Below, piece after piece: positions 63,659 to 64,000 of a DNA stretch of 64,000 nt. The position numbers and the translations under genes are program-made. Origin of the DNA: Mobula hypostoma (lineage: Eukaryota); NCBI RefSeq assembly GCF_963921235.1, contig NC_086108.1:71302001-71366000 (forward strand), read 5' to 3'. Every line of letters begins with the position of its first letter. Within the stretch, counting starts at the first letter, position 1. The notes under the pieces were generated by a model that saw only the letters and a list, made by a program, of their open reading frames with translations, did no database searches and was not told where the DNA came from.

Positions 63659-64000
63659 TGTACTTGCCAACATTAAGTGAGGAGCAAGTTTTTAAATCTG
63701 GCGGGAGCAAAGGATGTTGAGAGTGAGGGTGGAGCCCTGCGGGAGGGGTGTGGGACAAGTGTCAGAGACGGAGTACCAGGGCGGTTGCGGACACACCCAG
63801 TCCTGGGACACCAGGCAGGGCATTTAATTCCAAGTACTGTAACTGAGTTATTGATCATTGTAGAATGTCTCGCTGGTGCTTCCCGCTCCCTCCCCTCTCC
63901 AACTGTGACTCCCCTCTTCCTGCCCCTTTCCCACTCGGTCCACAATAGAGACCCACATCAGAATCAGGTTTATCATCACTCACATATGTCATGAAATGTG

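Overview
Eukaryotic, vertebrate, repeat-rich genomic DNA. The repeat families suggest a cartilaginous fish, probably a ray (inference). A large share of the window is transposable-element debris: CR1 and Rex1/Babar-type LINEs, an R2-Hero fragment, an RTE-derived non-autonomous element, Penelope-like elements and many solo or inverted pLTRs carrying minimal hammerhead-ribozyme motifs, tRNA-derived SINEs, a solo LTR, Tc1/mariner and pogo remnants, a hAT transposon, and a 6.6-kb CAC...GTG DNA transposon with a 4-bp TSD and a Sola2-like transposase. Two multi-level nests can be reconstructed from TSDs (17.2-26.2 kb and 55.3-59.7 kb). The only host coding sequence I can support is a first coding exon of a SMIM44-like small single-pass membrane protein at about 60.9-61.3 kb, in a CpG-enriched region; I found no further exon in the window. 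Family names rest on motif recall, not database searches.
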